DNA of 64,000 nt from a virus. Position numbers and translations under genes: made by a program. Where the stretch lies: IMG/VR virus record IMGVR_UViG_3300034159_000059; one strand, 5' to 3'. Below the pieces are notes generated by a model that ran no database searches, had not been told where the DNA came from, and saw only the letters and a program-made list of their open reading frames with translations. This document shows positions 18,559-27,594 of the stretch, in pieces; position 1 is the stretch's first letter; each line of letters starts with the position of its first letter.

Positions 18559-19395
18559 ATGCTCGATGTCGTTCTGATCGATTACGCCCGCGATCCGCTG
18601 ACCAAGCTCTATGGCGCGTACCGCACCTGCTACACACAGAAGACTCCTCGTGAGGTGTGGGCTGAGATCGAGTCGGAGCCCGGACGCGCCCTCCAGCTCG
18701 ATCCTACTGTGACGGAAGAGCGACGCAAGAAGCCAGAGGAGATCAGCAACTTCGTGAAGGAGCGACTCAAAACCGGACACGTCTCTCCTCTGGAGCAGGT
18801 GGTCTTCTGGTTCGGGATCAGCGGCGTCTCCCGAGCTCTCTCCCATCAGCTCGTCCGACACCGGATCGGCATCAGCTTCGAGCAGCAGTCGCAGCGCTAC
18901 GTCCGCTACAAGGGCGATCAGCTCGACTTCGTGAAGCCGAAGTCCTGGGAGAAGTTTCCCATCCTCAATGAGAGGTACGAGGCCCTGATGCGTGACATCG
19001 GGTCACTGTATTCGATCGCCGTCAAGTCAGGGATCCCGAACGAGGACGCGCGCTTCATCTTGCCGAATGCTATGCCGACGAACTTCCAGGTGATGGTGAA
19101 CTTCGCCGAGCTGCTCCACATCGCCGATCTGCGGCTCTGCTGGCGGGCTCAGTGGGAGATTCGGAGGATGGTGGCTCTCATGAGAGCCGAGGTGAAGAAG
19201 GCAGTTCCGGAGCTCGCCGCGTTCATCCAGCCGAAGTGCGGAGAGAATAGGTCTGGGTCCTGCGACGAATCTCTCAAGGACTACCACGCTTGCCCTCTCT
19301 CGAAGGTGCGCCCTCACAAGCAGGAACTCCTCGACCTCTGGAAGGATGCGAGAGCTCTGACGGAAGAGCAGATGTCTCCGCCGGAGACGCCATGA
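18559..19395 (+). CDS. thyX: flavin-dependent thymidylate synthase ThyX
   Basis: ThyX signature RHRIGISFEQQSQRY (RHR-x7-S). N-terminal YRTCY region. Confidence 0.85.
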   Translation: MLDVVLIDYARDPLTKLYGAYRTCYTQKTPREVWAEIESEPGRALQLDPTVTEERRKKPEEISNFVKERLKTGHVSPLEQVVFWFGISGVSRALSHQLVRHRIGISFEQQSQRYVRYKGDQLDFVKPKSWEKFPILNERYEALMRDIGSLYSIAVKSGIPNEDARFILPNAMPTNFQVMVNFAELLHIADLRLCWRAQWEIRRMVALMRAEVKKAVPELAAFIQPKCGENRSGSCDESLKDYHACPLSKVRPHKQELLDLWKDARALTEEQMSPPETP

Positions 19396-19577
19396 AGTGT
19401 GAACGGCCTGGAGATGGTTGTCCAAACGACGCTTCCGTCTCCACGACAGTATCTGGACGAGTAGGAGACCGTGTCGTCTCCGCGCCTCTCAGACTCTGTG
19501 CGAGTTGTTACAAGCAGATGTTCGAGCAGGGGCCGCAGTCGATGGGGATCACAATCAAGAGTGAGAAGCCGTCATAA
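19392..19577 (+). CDS. small Cys-containing hypothetical protein
   Basis: ATGA overlap with the thyX stop. 61 aa. Confidence 0.3.
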   Translation: MKCERPGDGCPNDASVSTTVSGRVGDRVVSAPLRLCASCYKQMFEQGPQSMGITIKSEKPS

Positions 19578-19600
19578 GTACGTTGAGGAGGAACGTTTAG

Positions 19601-20311
19601 ATGCTGACCGTCCAAGAGGCGAGAGAGGTACGAGCTTCCTGTTTTAGCCCGCAGGGTTGGGAGTACTGCGACATCGCTCCATGGCTCCAAGAGCTGGGTC
19701 TCCGGATACAGGAGGCTCAAGCAGCCAAGACGAACATCGTGAACATCAGCTACACCCATCCACGAGGTCTCTTTCCCCCTCAGATCCGCCGACGAGCTCC
19801 GATCCTGGCGTACATGAAGCAGGCGCAGGCGATCGGATGGTACTTCGACTCTTCTTCCAGTCCCGGCACTCCCTACTCCAACCTGTACTTCTTGCCGACG
19901 GGGTGGGGAGCCGAGATCCTCGTCAATGGGACGCTCGACTGGTGCCCCACCGCGCCCTTCGAGCAGGAGATTGAGAGGAGGGTGATGGAGGCCCAGGCCG
20001 TATCCCCTATTCCGGTCATCGACCTCACTTGCTACCACGAGCGAGGAGGCATCTCTCCCGTCATCCTGAAGCGCATTGAGCGCCGAAGAGATCCCAAGTG
20101 GCGGGAGTTGGTGGACGCTGAAATCACTCGTCTACGGGGTGAGGCCAACAAGGATGAAGCGTTCGCCAAGACCCAAGAAGAGAGGGCGGAGGGTGTAGAT
20201 AACCCGACTGCTCTTCTGCAAGCAGCAAAAGAGCTTCGTGCAAGAGCCGCGCAGAGCCGAGAGCAGGTCCGCCATCTGGCTCGGGAGCTCGGGGTCTCGG
20301 AGGCTGCATGA
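19601..20311 (+). CDS. hypothetical protein
   Basis: 236-aa ORF with AGGAGGAA RBS-like sequence upstream. Confidence 0.5.
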   Translation: MLTVQEAREVRASCFSPQGWEYCDIAPWLQELGLRIQEAQAAKTNIVNISYTHPRGLFPPQIRRRAPILAYMKQAQAIGWYFDSSSSPGTPYSNLYFLPTGWGAEILVNGTLDWCPTAPFEQEIERRVMEAQAVSPIPVIDLTCYHERGGISPVILKRIERRRDPKWRELVDAEITRLRGEANKDEAFAKTQEERAEGVDNPTALLQAAKELRARAAQSREQVRHLARELGVSEAA

Positions 20312-20874
20312 CGGAGTACGACCAGAACGGGAAACGGATCTACCTTCGAGTCTGGTACCCCCAGCTCCCGCCGACGACCAACCATCTCTACTACCTGGGG
20401 ACGCGCCTCACAGACGAGGCTCGGATCTACCGAGGCGCGTTTCGTCAGTACATGCAGCAGAACTACGGTCACCAGATCTCTGAGATGGAAGAGCCGAACG
20501 ACAAGGCGTTGGTGACCGTCAAGCGCAAGAACAAGCCCACCATCGAGGAGTTGAAGGACGTCAAGACGAGGAACCCGAACCTCCTCTACGGCATCAACCT
20601 GACGTTCTTCATGGATGTCTTCACGACCTGGGGAGATCCGAAGTACCCCAAGTCACAGAGAGCCAAGTTTCGGTTCTCGAAGACGGACCTCTCGAACCGA
20701 GTCAAGTTCGTTGAGGATTGCTTCAAGTACGCCCTCGACCTCGACGACTCCCTCACCTTTTGGAGCTCTCAGAGGAAAATCCACAATCCCCAACAGCAAG
20801 GAGTGGACATCGAGTACTTCGTAGTACCCCCCGAAAGCGTTGGGGTTGAGAGCGTTGGAGGCCCACCGATTTGA
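20308..20874 (+). CDS. rusA: RusA-like Holliday junction resolvase (with insertion)
   Basis: LPPTTNHLYY (cf. RusA PPSNNRYY). KTDLSNRVKF and ALDLDDSL match the RusA catalytic Asp clusters (RRDLDN / WLDDAQV). Confidence 0.55.
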   Translation: MTEYDQNGKRIYLRVWYPQLPPTTNHLYYLGTRLTDEARIYRGAFRQYMQQNYGHQISEMEEPNDKALVTVKRKNKPTIEELKDVKTRNPNLLYGINLTFFMDVFTTWGDPKYPKSQRAKFRFSKTDLSNRVKFVEDCFKYALDLDDSLTFWSSQRKIHNPQQQGVDIEYFVVPPESVGVESVGGPPI

Positions 20875-21317
20875 AAGACCTCAATCCGGACACGCTGCGT
20901 CTGATGTCCGACGAGGAATTGCGAGAACGGCAGAGGCGTACCGGCGAGTTGGGGAATGGGAAAGTAGTCATCTGCCAGCCAGACCTGACGGACCCTATGG
21001 TCATGCAGCAGGTCCCTAGAGCGACGTGTGTCGCGACTCCCTACTACGCTTGTCTTAGCTGTAAACACCATCACTTCGAGTTCATCTTCCGAACTCAAAC
21101 GGAAGAGAATTGGGTGTTGTGCCCTAGATGGAACAGGGAAACCTCGACCGGGCCTCCGGACTACTACGTCCCAGTCTGGTTGTCGGAGTGTTATGGTAAG
21201 ACACATCCGTTCTGCTCGCAGTGTCCCAGCCGTGAGGAACTGGATGACCTCCTCACAGACAAGCAGCGAGAAGGTTGGTTGGAGCGGTATCGAAAACTGA
21301 CGAAGGAGGAGTCTTGA
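20871..21317 (+). CDS. hypothetical Cys/His-rich protein
   Basis: 148 aa. CLSCKHHHFEF ... CPRWN ... CSQCP. Confidence 0.5.
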   Translation: MKDLNPDTLRLMSDEELRERQRRTGELGNGKVVICQPDLTDPMVMQQVPRATCVATPYYACLSCKHHHFEFIFRTQTEENWVLCPRWNRETSTGPPDYYVPVWLSECYGKTHPFCSQCPSREELDDLLTDKQREGWLERYRKLTKEES

Positions 21318-21490
21318 AGACCTTCATCATCGGAGTGAAGGAGGTTCATATCCAACCAGTCAGAGTCGAAGCCGACTCAAGAGAAGAGGCGATCAAGAAG
21401 GTCGCAGAGGGAGAAGGAGAGACTCTCGAAGAACTTCTAGAGTACGACTACACCTTGGAGCCGGACGTCTGGACAGCCCAGGAGAGGTGA
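21313..21490 (+). CDS. small hypothetical protein
   Basis: TTG start with GAAGGAGGAG RBS. Overlaps the upstream stop. Confidence 0.35.
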
Positions 21491-21777
21491 TGAAAAAGCG
21501 CTTGCGCCTCAAGTGCTCCAAACGAGTCTTCTGCACTCGACTCGAAGAGCGTCTCAACCCGGAAGCGAACCACGGCAAGGGCCTCGCCCTGTTCTACGTA
21601 ACGCATCACAAAAGCGGGAAGGGTCGACGTCTAGGCGTCATGCACAAGACCTCCGAGAAGGACGGCGGCCTCCTTCTCACCTTCTGCCCGTGGTGCGGAA
21701 CGAATCTACTAGAGCTCTTCAAGCTCGTCCGCACCAGCGGGAATATGCCTGAAGTCGATCCTGGAGCGGAGAGATGA
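21487..21777 (+). CDS. hypothetical protein (CPWCG motif)
   Basis: 96-aa ORF. Confidence 0.45.
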   Translation: MMKKRLRLKCSKRVFCTRLEERLNPEANHGKGLALFYVTHHKSGKGRRLGVMHKTSEKDGGLLLTFCPWCGTNLLELFKLVRTSGNMPEVDPGAER

Positions 21778-21995
21778 GCCAGGTTCGCTGCGAGGTGGAG
21801 GAGGTCGAGCTAGAAAACGACTGCGGGAAAATGGTTGAAGGGGTCAGAGTCACTTGCGGACGTTGCGGTCACACGACTGAATCGTTCGGCACCGGCCCTG
21901 CCAGCACTCGTCGCTGTCTCGCCCTCCTCCGAGAAGAGTGTCCTGAAGGTGAGCGGAACTTCTACATCACCGAGGGAGAGAACAGAGATGCTTGA
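21774..21995 (+). CDS. small Zn-ribbon-like hypothetical protein
   Basis: CGRCGHT motif. Confidence 0.4.
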   Translation: MSQVRCEVEEVELENDCGKMVEGVRVTCGRCGHTTESFGTGPASTRRCLALLREECPEGERNFYITEGENRDA

Positions 21996-22025
21996 GAACG
22001 TTCCACGTGGAACAGAGGAGAGCTA

Positions 22026-22355
22026 ATGACTGAAGGCGACGAGAAGCTCTCACTCTGCAACGAATCGGAGCTCTTGTGGCTGGCGAGGAGGCAGGGTCTT
22101 CCTGTCTTGCGTTACGGCATCCCAAGGGAAGAGCTTCTCGCCATCGTCTCAGGAGAAGCTCGTGTGGAGGAGAGACATCTCTCTCCCACCAACCAGACCA
22201 GAGCGAGGCTGGAAGCATTCGTCCAGGCGAACTTCGATCGGGTCCAGGGACAACTCCCAGGATGTACAGGCTTGTGCCGAACCTTCCACTGCACAGAGGG
22301 GAAGCACATGCACTGCTTCATCCCCAACGAGTCGATGCTTCTCTGCCATGAATGA
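22026..22355 (+). CDS. hypothetical protein
   Basis: 109-aa ORF. Stop overlaps the next start (ATGAATGA). Confidence 0.45.
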   Translation: MTEGDEKLSLCNESELLWLARRQGLPVLRYGIPREELLAIVSGEARVEERHLSPTNQTRARLEAFVQANFDRVQGQLPGCTGLCRTFHCTEGKHMHCFIPNESMLLCHE

Positions 22356-23637
22356 GTCCTACAACCAGGAATGTCTTACCTGCGCGAAGATCGGATACTG
22401 TGCGCAGCTCACCATTCCGAAGCTCCTTGGCGGGCACGTCTGCCCGTCATTCGTCGCAGCAGCAGTTCCCGTGATACAGGCGCGCGTCGCGATGGTAGAG
22501 AAGTACGACCCTGTTACCGCCGCCCGAGCGCTCTTGAATCGAACCGACAAGCACAGCCAGGAGGAGTCCATTGAAATGAGCCTCGACGCCCCGACCCCAG
22601 GGACGACCTACTCGGACAGGAAGAAGCAGTTTGAGATCATGCCTTTCATGGATGTCCGTCTGATCGGGAACAAGAAGTACCGATACGAAGACGGCACACC
22701 GATCTTGGACTGGGACGCGACGCTGCACACCGACTCGCGTCAGGTATCCATCGAGAAGGTTCTCCAGTTCGAACTCGACGAAGGTTTCATCGTCCCAGAT
22801 GGAGCAGAGCAGTCCACCCAGCAGCCCCAGCAAGGAGTTCAGCAGATGGCCAATCCCTACATGCCCCCGAACGGAATGCCTCAGCCCAACATGATGCAGC
22901 CTCCTGGCGCTCCGCCGCCCATGCCGATGCCAGGTGGTGCTCCTCCCGGCATGATGATGCCGACGATGGCTCCGCCGATGGCACCCCCGCCTCCGCAGGC
23001 CGCCCCTTACGGGATGGCGCCGATGGCCCCTCCAGGGGCACCACCTCCGGTTGCCAGCCCGGCGCAAGCTGCGGCCGTGGCTCAGGGTGTTTCTCCCGAC
23101 GCTGCGCCGCAGACAACCCCGACGGGGCGGAAGAAGAGAGGCTCTGCTGCCGCTGCGGCTGCCGCACCTCCGCCGGCAGCCCCTCCTGCACCTCCAGGAC
23201 AGCCTCAGCAGTACGCGCAGCCGGCTCCAAACCAGTACGCGCCCCAGGCAGTTCCTGCGACGCCCTGGGGAGGCATGCAGCCGCCAGGTCTGCCGCCGGC
23301 CATCCCTGCGCCGATGAGCATGTCGGCCCCCATGGCGCCGGTCGCACCGCCCCAGCAAGTCGCCCCCCCTCCGGGTGCCGACACGGGGATGATCCTCCAG
23401 CGACTGGACGCACTCGGGCAGGCAGTGGGCGCCGTCGGGAATGCGGCTCAGGAGGGTACGAAGCAGTCCCTCGCTGCGGTCAATGAGCTGAAGAGCATCC
23501 TCCTCATCAACACAGCGACGCTCTGGTACCTCTGCCTCTCCAACAGCAGCATCATGAGCGACGTGGCGAAGAACGGAGGCGACCTGCGCACGTTCGATGG
23601 CTTCGTCGCCTACATGCAGCGCTACGTCCCTCGGTAA
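22348..23637 (+). CDS. Pro/Ala/Met-rich low-complexity protein with N-terminal Cys motif and globular C-terminal domain
   Basis: Start ATG 22348 (MNESYNQECLTCAKIGYCAQ). ~200-aa P/A/M/Q-rich region. The listed ORF 22162 carries an Arg-rich extension rejected here. Confidence 0.55.
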   Translation: MNESYNQECLTCAKIGYCAQLTIPKLLGGHVCPSFVAAAVPVIQARVAMVEKYDPVTAARALLNRTDKHSQEESIEMSLDAPTPGTTYSDRKKQFEIMPFMDVRLIGNKKYRYEDGTPILDWDATLHTDSRQVSIEKVLQFELDEGFIVPDGAEQSTQQPQQGVQQMANPYMPPNGMPQPNMMQPPGAPPPMPMPGGAPPGMMMPTMAPPMAPPPPQAAPYGMAPMAPPGAPPPVASPAQAAAVAQGVSPDAAPQTTPTGRKKRGSAAAAAAAPPPAAPPAPPGQPQQYAQPAPNQYAPQAVPATPWGGMQPPGLPPAIPAPMSMSAPMAPVAPPQQVAPPPGADTGMILQRLDALGQAVGAVGNAAQEGTKQSLAAVNELKSILLINTATLWYLCLSNSSIMSDVAKNGGDLRTFDGFVAYMQRYVPR

Positions 23638-23660
23638 GGGCGTCGACGTCTTCTACAACA

Positions 23661-23691
23661 GGAGCGGCTCGTGCAGACGGCGAGCCGCTCC
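23661..23691 (+). other. perfect 11-bp stem hairpin (ggagcggctcg...cgagccgctcc)
   Basis: Inverted repeat 24 nt after the 23637 stop. No clear U tract. Confidence 0.4.
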
Positions 23692-23729
23692 TCGTTCGAC
23701 GCCCCAACACCGTTCCACCGTCTCAATTC

Positions 23730-23888
23730 ATGAGCCTCACCGATGAGCAGGTGAGGGCCATGCCCGATGCAGACCTCCGCACCTTCCTCGACTACTACCT
23801 AGGTGTTCGCCTCTCCCCAGAGACGCCAAGATCTGTTCTGCTATCCAAGTTGAACAGCATCGCAGTCGGAGCGAGGGACATCTCATGA
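23730..23888 (+). CDS. possible small protein (52 aa)
   Basis: ATG 23730. GC3-biased. ATGA overlap with the next gene. Below the ORF-track threshold. Confidence 0.25.
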   Translation: MSLTDEQVRAMPDADLRTFLDYYLGVRLSPETPRSVLLSKLNSIAVGARDIS

Positions 23889-24424
23889 GGATCGCTGTGA
23901 CGAACCATGCCGTGGAACGCTATCAAGAGCGAGTCCCCGGCGCTTCCAAGCTCAACGCGGAAGCGGTGCGAAACATCATCCGCAGTCTTTACGTGGAGGC
24001 AGTGGAAAACAACACAACGAGAGAGCATCCGGGATACCCCGACCGCGCCATGGTCCCCTTCTCTGCCGGAAGGGAGCAGATGTTTCTGGCGGTTGGGCCG
24101 AACAAGACCAAGTTCCCCGGAGACATCGCAGTCCTCGGCGTGCTGTACGACCGAGAGGTTGGGAGAAGTGGAGTAGCCTCCATCGGCGATCACCTCTCCG
24201 AAGAGACCAAGCAGAAGCTGGCGCAGTTCCAGGTCATCAAGAGGACCAAGTTCCTCATCCGAATCAACCGAAGTACCCGAACGCCGAAGGAAGTCTACGA
24301 CGCCTTGGATGAGGAAGAGTTGGAATGTGTACTGAAGAACAGAGCGCCGGATCTGAACGAAGTTGAGATCTTCCAACGAGTGGATCTCAAGATCCAACCA
24401 GACTACACGCTGAAGAAGAGCTGA
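23885..24424 (+). CDS. hypothetical protein
   Basis: 179-aa ORF. Last + strand gene before the convergent terminator. Confidence 0.5.
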   Translation: MRIAVTNHAVERYQERVPGASKLNAEAVRNIIRSLYVEAVENNTTREHPGYPDRAMVPFSAGREQMFLAVGPNKTKFPGDIAVLGVLYDREVGRSGVASIGDHLSEETKQKLAQFQVIKRTKFLIRINRSTRTPKEVYDALDEEELECVLKNRAPDLNEVEIFQRVDLKIQPDYTLKKS

Positions 24425-24426
24425 TA

Positions 24427-24456
24427 GAAGGCGACGAAGTCGTCGCCTTCTTTTTT
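24427..24456 (+). terminator. rho-independent terminator at the convergence point (gaaggcgacga...tcgtcgccttc + TTTTTT)
   Basis: GC-rich hairpin followed by T6. The minus-strand gene stop lies in the T-run. Confidence 0.65.
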
Positions 24457-24811
24457 AGCCATTGTTCGGAAACTGACGACCATCGCAGTCGTCCGAGATG
24501 ATGCCGTCGTGGATCCAGCCGTGGTAAAGGCCCACGATGTTGATGCTCGGGACCAAAGTGACGAGAGGAGGTTCTCCTGTCACCACCCAGCCCGCCCGCT
24601 CTGGATCCAGATCTCCGTTCTTGATGAAGCACGTGTCTATGCAGAAGGAGCCACAAGGCAGCCAGACCATCATCGGCAGACGCTTCTCGCGCCAGGTCAT
24701 GTCGTAGTAGGCGGAGAGCCACCGGCTCGGCCAGTAGTCGCACGGCCACATGTCTCCGATCTCAGGAGACGCACCACTTGCCGGATCTATCATCCGAATC
24801 GACCAGGCCAT
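24455..24811 (-). CDS. hypothetical protein; weak Cys...His...His arrangement (possible small peptidase)
   Basis: 118 aa. LPCGSFC ... GLYHGWIHDG. Confidence 0.4.
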   Translation of the reverse strand: MAWSIRMIDPASGASPEIGDMWPCDYWPSRWLSAYYDMTWREKRLPMMVWLPCGSFCIDTCFIKNGDLDPERAGWVVTGEPPLVTLVPSINIVGLYHGWIHDGIISDDCDGRQFPNNG

Positions 24812-25122
24812 CAGGAACCCTTTCTACTCACCCCGTTCTTCTCATCACCCTTCTTCTTGAGACCACACACGGCGAAGTCGGTGCAGGCCTTTCCGTAGAG
24901 CCTTCGAATCTTCTCATCCTTGCAGAGTGTACAGAATAGGTTGGGCTCGTCGGTGCTGGTGATCACGATCGGTCTCATCGACTTGACGTCGCGCACGAGA
25001 ACCTCATCCGGGCTGATCGACTCAAGGGTAGCGTCTTGCAGGAGCCCCTTCTTCTCGAACTCCGAGAGAAGCTCCCGAGTGTCTCCCCAGAAGACCGCTA
25101 GCGTTGGCTTGCGCTCTGTCAT
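24811..25122 (-). CDS. hypothetical protein
   Basis: 103-aa ORF, start/stop coupled to its neighbours. Confidence 0.45.
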   Translation of the reverse strand: MTERKPTLAVFWGDTRELLSEFEKKGLLQDATLESISPDEVLVRDVKSMRPIVITSTDEPNLFCTLCKDEKIRRLYGKACTDFAVCGLKKKGDEKNGVSRKGS

Positions 25123-26609
25123 TTCGCCCGATCTTCCTGCCGCAAGAGCTCCCGGAACTGGGTGTTGAGACGATCCTTGTCTCTAGAGAGACGGGTCAGG
25201 TACTCGTCAACCCCAAGTCCTTGGGACCGTAGACCCATTCTCTCCAACATCCCTGTGCGAGGTCTAGTGGCTAGGAAGCGCTGAACGAGGACCTTCCGCT
25301 CCTCTGGAGGTAGATCAGCGTGGCTTCCGTACCTCACGCCCCGTCCAATGACCTGGCGGAGCTTCTCATCATTCCAGTGCGGCTCCAAGACCTGCATGAG
25401 CCTCGTTCCCTTCAGATCGAGGCCTTCTCCTCCTGCACTGGACAGCAAGAGGGCGCGGATCTTGTTCTCGTTGTACGCCTTCACCAGCTCGTTGCGTTCC
25501 TTCTTCTTCATCTGGCCGCTGAACTCCCCGTAAGGAATCCCGGCCTCGGTGAGCTTCTTCTTGTACGGATCGAGTCCCGCTTGCAGGTAGTTCGAGTAGA
25601 CGACAGCCTTTGCGCGCGGGTTGCTGTCGAGGTTCTTCTTCAGCTCCTCGAAGGCCTTCTGGATCTTTGGGGCTTCCGGCTCTCCAGCCGTCTGAAAGGG
25701 AGCCGTAGCGTTCGAGACCTGTCGAACTCCTCCTAGGAAGGCGTTCAGGTCGCCAGCCTCTTGTTTCGTTGGAGGCAGACCCTTCTTCACCTTGTACCGA
25801 ACCCAGAACGGAGCCTTCTTCATCAAGGTGTCGTAGAACTCAAGCTGGCGCTGGGACATCGGCACCTTCATCTCCTGAGTCTCCACCTCCGGGAAGTTCT
25901 CCTTCGAGCCTTCGTAGTAGTCGACCCACTTGTTGAGAGTCGACTGGAGCTCCTTCCTTCTAGCTGGGTTGACGATAGGAACCGAGCCAGAACTGACTCC
26001 CCGAAGCTTGGCGATGAGTCCTGGGTTCTTGCGCAGGTGGTAGATGTACCGATCTTCGAAGTCCTGCCGATCTTCTGGGAGGATCTTCCCACCAGCCGCG
26101 ATGTTGACGAGCGGGGCGATGTCGGAGGGCCGGTTGTAGAAAGGAGTGCCCGTGAGGAGAAGACGCTTCTGAGAGGTGTTCTTTCGAAGCGTCTCGAAAG
26201 TCTTGGATCCCGTATCTCTGGCTCGATGTGCCTCGTCCACCACCATGAGGGGAGCCGAGGGACCTTCTCCCTTCCTCGCGACGTTCTGCATCGAGACGAT
26301 CTTCGAAGCCTGTCGCTTCCCTTGGGTGTGTTTCTTGATCTCCTTCTTGTAGTTGGCTTGAAGAGCGGCGGGCACCACCACCGTCGAGGGAACTCCCAAC
26401 GCTTCTTGGGCTGCGATGGCTGTGAGGGTCTTTCCGGAGCCGAGGCCATGCGCGACTACCAACCCAGGCTGATCCGCCTTCTGGATCCTCTTCACTACGC
26501 GCTCTTGATGCGGCTGAAGAGGCGTGACAAGTCTCGCCTCTTTCAGCAGCCTTGCAGCTCGTAGAAGTGCCTGGGGGTCGTAGGTCACGGCTTTGCCGTT
26601 CCCTTCCAC
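25119..26609 (-). CDS. SNF2-family helicase/ATPase
   Basis: Walker A GLGSGKTLTA. DEAH box VVDEAHRARD. Motif III LLLTGTPFYNRPSD. C-terminal helicase motifs (LLSSAGGEGLDL, VIGRGVRYGS). Confidence 0.8.
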   Translation of the reverse strand: MEGNGKAVTYDPQALLRAARLLKEARLVTPLQPHQERVVKRIQKADQPGLVVAHGLGSGKTLTAIAAQEALGVPSTVVVPAALQANYKKEIKKHTQGKRQASKIVSMQNVARKGEGPSAPLMVVDEAHRARDTGSKTFETLRKNTSQKRLLLTGTPFYNRPSDIAPLVNIAAGGKILPEDRQDFEDRYIYHLRKNPGLIAKLRGVSSGSVPIVNPARRKELQSTLNKWVDYYEGSKENFPEVETQEMKVPMSQRQLEFYDTLMKKAPFWVRYKVKKGLPPTKQEAGDLNAFLGGVRQVSNATAPFQTAGEPEAPKIQKAFEELKKNLDSNPRAKAVVYSNYLQAGLDPYKKKLTEAGIPYGEFSGQMKKKERNELVKAYNENKIRALLLSSAGGEGLDLKGTRLMQVLEPHWNDEKLRQVIGRGVRYGSHADLPPEERKVLVQRFLATRPRTGMLERMGLRSQGLGVDEYLTRLSRDKDRLNTQFRELLRQEDRAK

Positions 26610-26824
26610 CCATGCAGAATGCGAGCAGTGTCGACTAGAGAAGGACTTGCTCCTCCGTCAGACACTGCCGCGATGACCATGCACCACTTCTCCTTGTCGA
26701 TGACGGCCTCAAAGATCATCGGCCCATTCTCCCCATCCATCTTCTGGATGAGAACGGAACCGTCATCCTGTCTTCGGAAAGACAAGCCGTCTCGAAGGTG
26801 AATCTCGGTATCCACTGGCATCAT
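26585..26824 (-). CDS. hypothetical protein
   Basis: Start chosen at Met giving ATGA coupling with the upstream stop (79 aa). Confidence 0.35.
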   Translation of the reverse strand: MMPVDTEIHLRDGLSFRRQDDGSVLIQKMDGENGPMIFEAVIDKEKWCMVIAAVSDGGASPSLVDTARILHGWKGTAKP

Positions 26825-27591
26825 CGATCCTTTTCGAATGGAGCCCACGCCATCCCCAACCCGTAGAACGTCTTCCCCCCAGCTCCCCACAGAGACGGCC
26901 CGACGTCGAAGTGACCGAACTTGTATGTCATCCCCAACCCAACCAACACTCCATCCCCAACACCCAAGTCGCCTTGCAGCTTGAGCTTCTCGTACCAGCT
27001 TGGGGCGAAGAGGCTGGTATCGACTCCCGTCATACCGAGGTCGATCTTCATGGTTTCATCAGACGAGGTTGCGAAGGAGTGCCATACGCCCTCTCTGTCT
27101 CGTGCTACGGCTACTCCGATTTTGAGAGGCAAAGCCTGGTCTAGGTGTAGCTCGTACTTCCCGCTTGGAGCCAGCGTGAACCCTGAGACCTTGAACAGCC
27201 CGAATGCTTGGTCGAAAGACACTCTCGACTCCCCAGGAGTCTCCGGTGGGTGGTCGACCGTTCCCTGGCCTTTCGCTACTTGTGCCTTGAGCTGAATCAC
27301 CAAGTTCGTGAGGTTGGCGACCTGAGAGTCGGTCTTCGACAACTGATCACTCAAGGCCTTTCCTTGAGTGGTGCTGGTATCGATGAGGTTCTGAAGCTTC
27401 GTCACATCCTGCGCTTGCTTCTCGAACACTCCCTTTTGAACCTCAATCGTTGTCGCCTGGGTTGCGACCTGGTTTTGAAGCGCTGCGATCTTCTTCTCGT
27501 ACTGGTTTCTCTGCCAGGCAACCCAGACTACGAAAACGACTATAACCAGCATCCCGATACCTACCAGGACGCGGACCAAGGATCTCTGCAT
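26821..27591 (-). CDS. membrane-anchored coiled-coil protein (possible spanin-like lysis accessory)
   Basis: N-terminal TM helix LVGIGMLVIVVFVVWVAW, then a heptad-like Q/A/K-rich region and a beta-rich C-terminus. Confidence 0.45.
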   Translation of the reverse strand: MQRSLVRVLVGIGMLVIVVFVVWVAWQRNQYEKKIAALQNQVATQATTIEVQKGVFEKQAQDVTKLQNLIDTSTTQGKALSDQLSKTDSQVANLTNLVIQLKAQVAKGQGTVDHPPETPGESRVSFDQAFGLFKVSGFTLAPSGKYELHLDQALPLKIGVAVARDREGVWHSFATSSDETMKIDLGMTGVDTSLFAPSWYEKLKLQGDLGVGDGVLVGLGMTYKFGHFDVGPSLWGAGGKTFYGLGMAWAPFEKDR

Positions 27592-27594
27592 GAC

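Noticed and set aside
22162-22347. Upstream extension of the PAM-rich protein ORF
   Set aside because: It is Arg-rich junk overlapping the 22026..22355 gene. ATG 22348 gives an ATGAATGA coupling.
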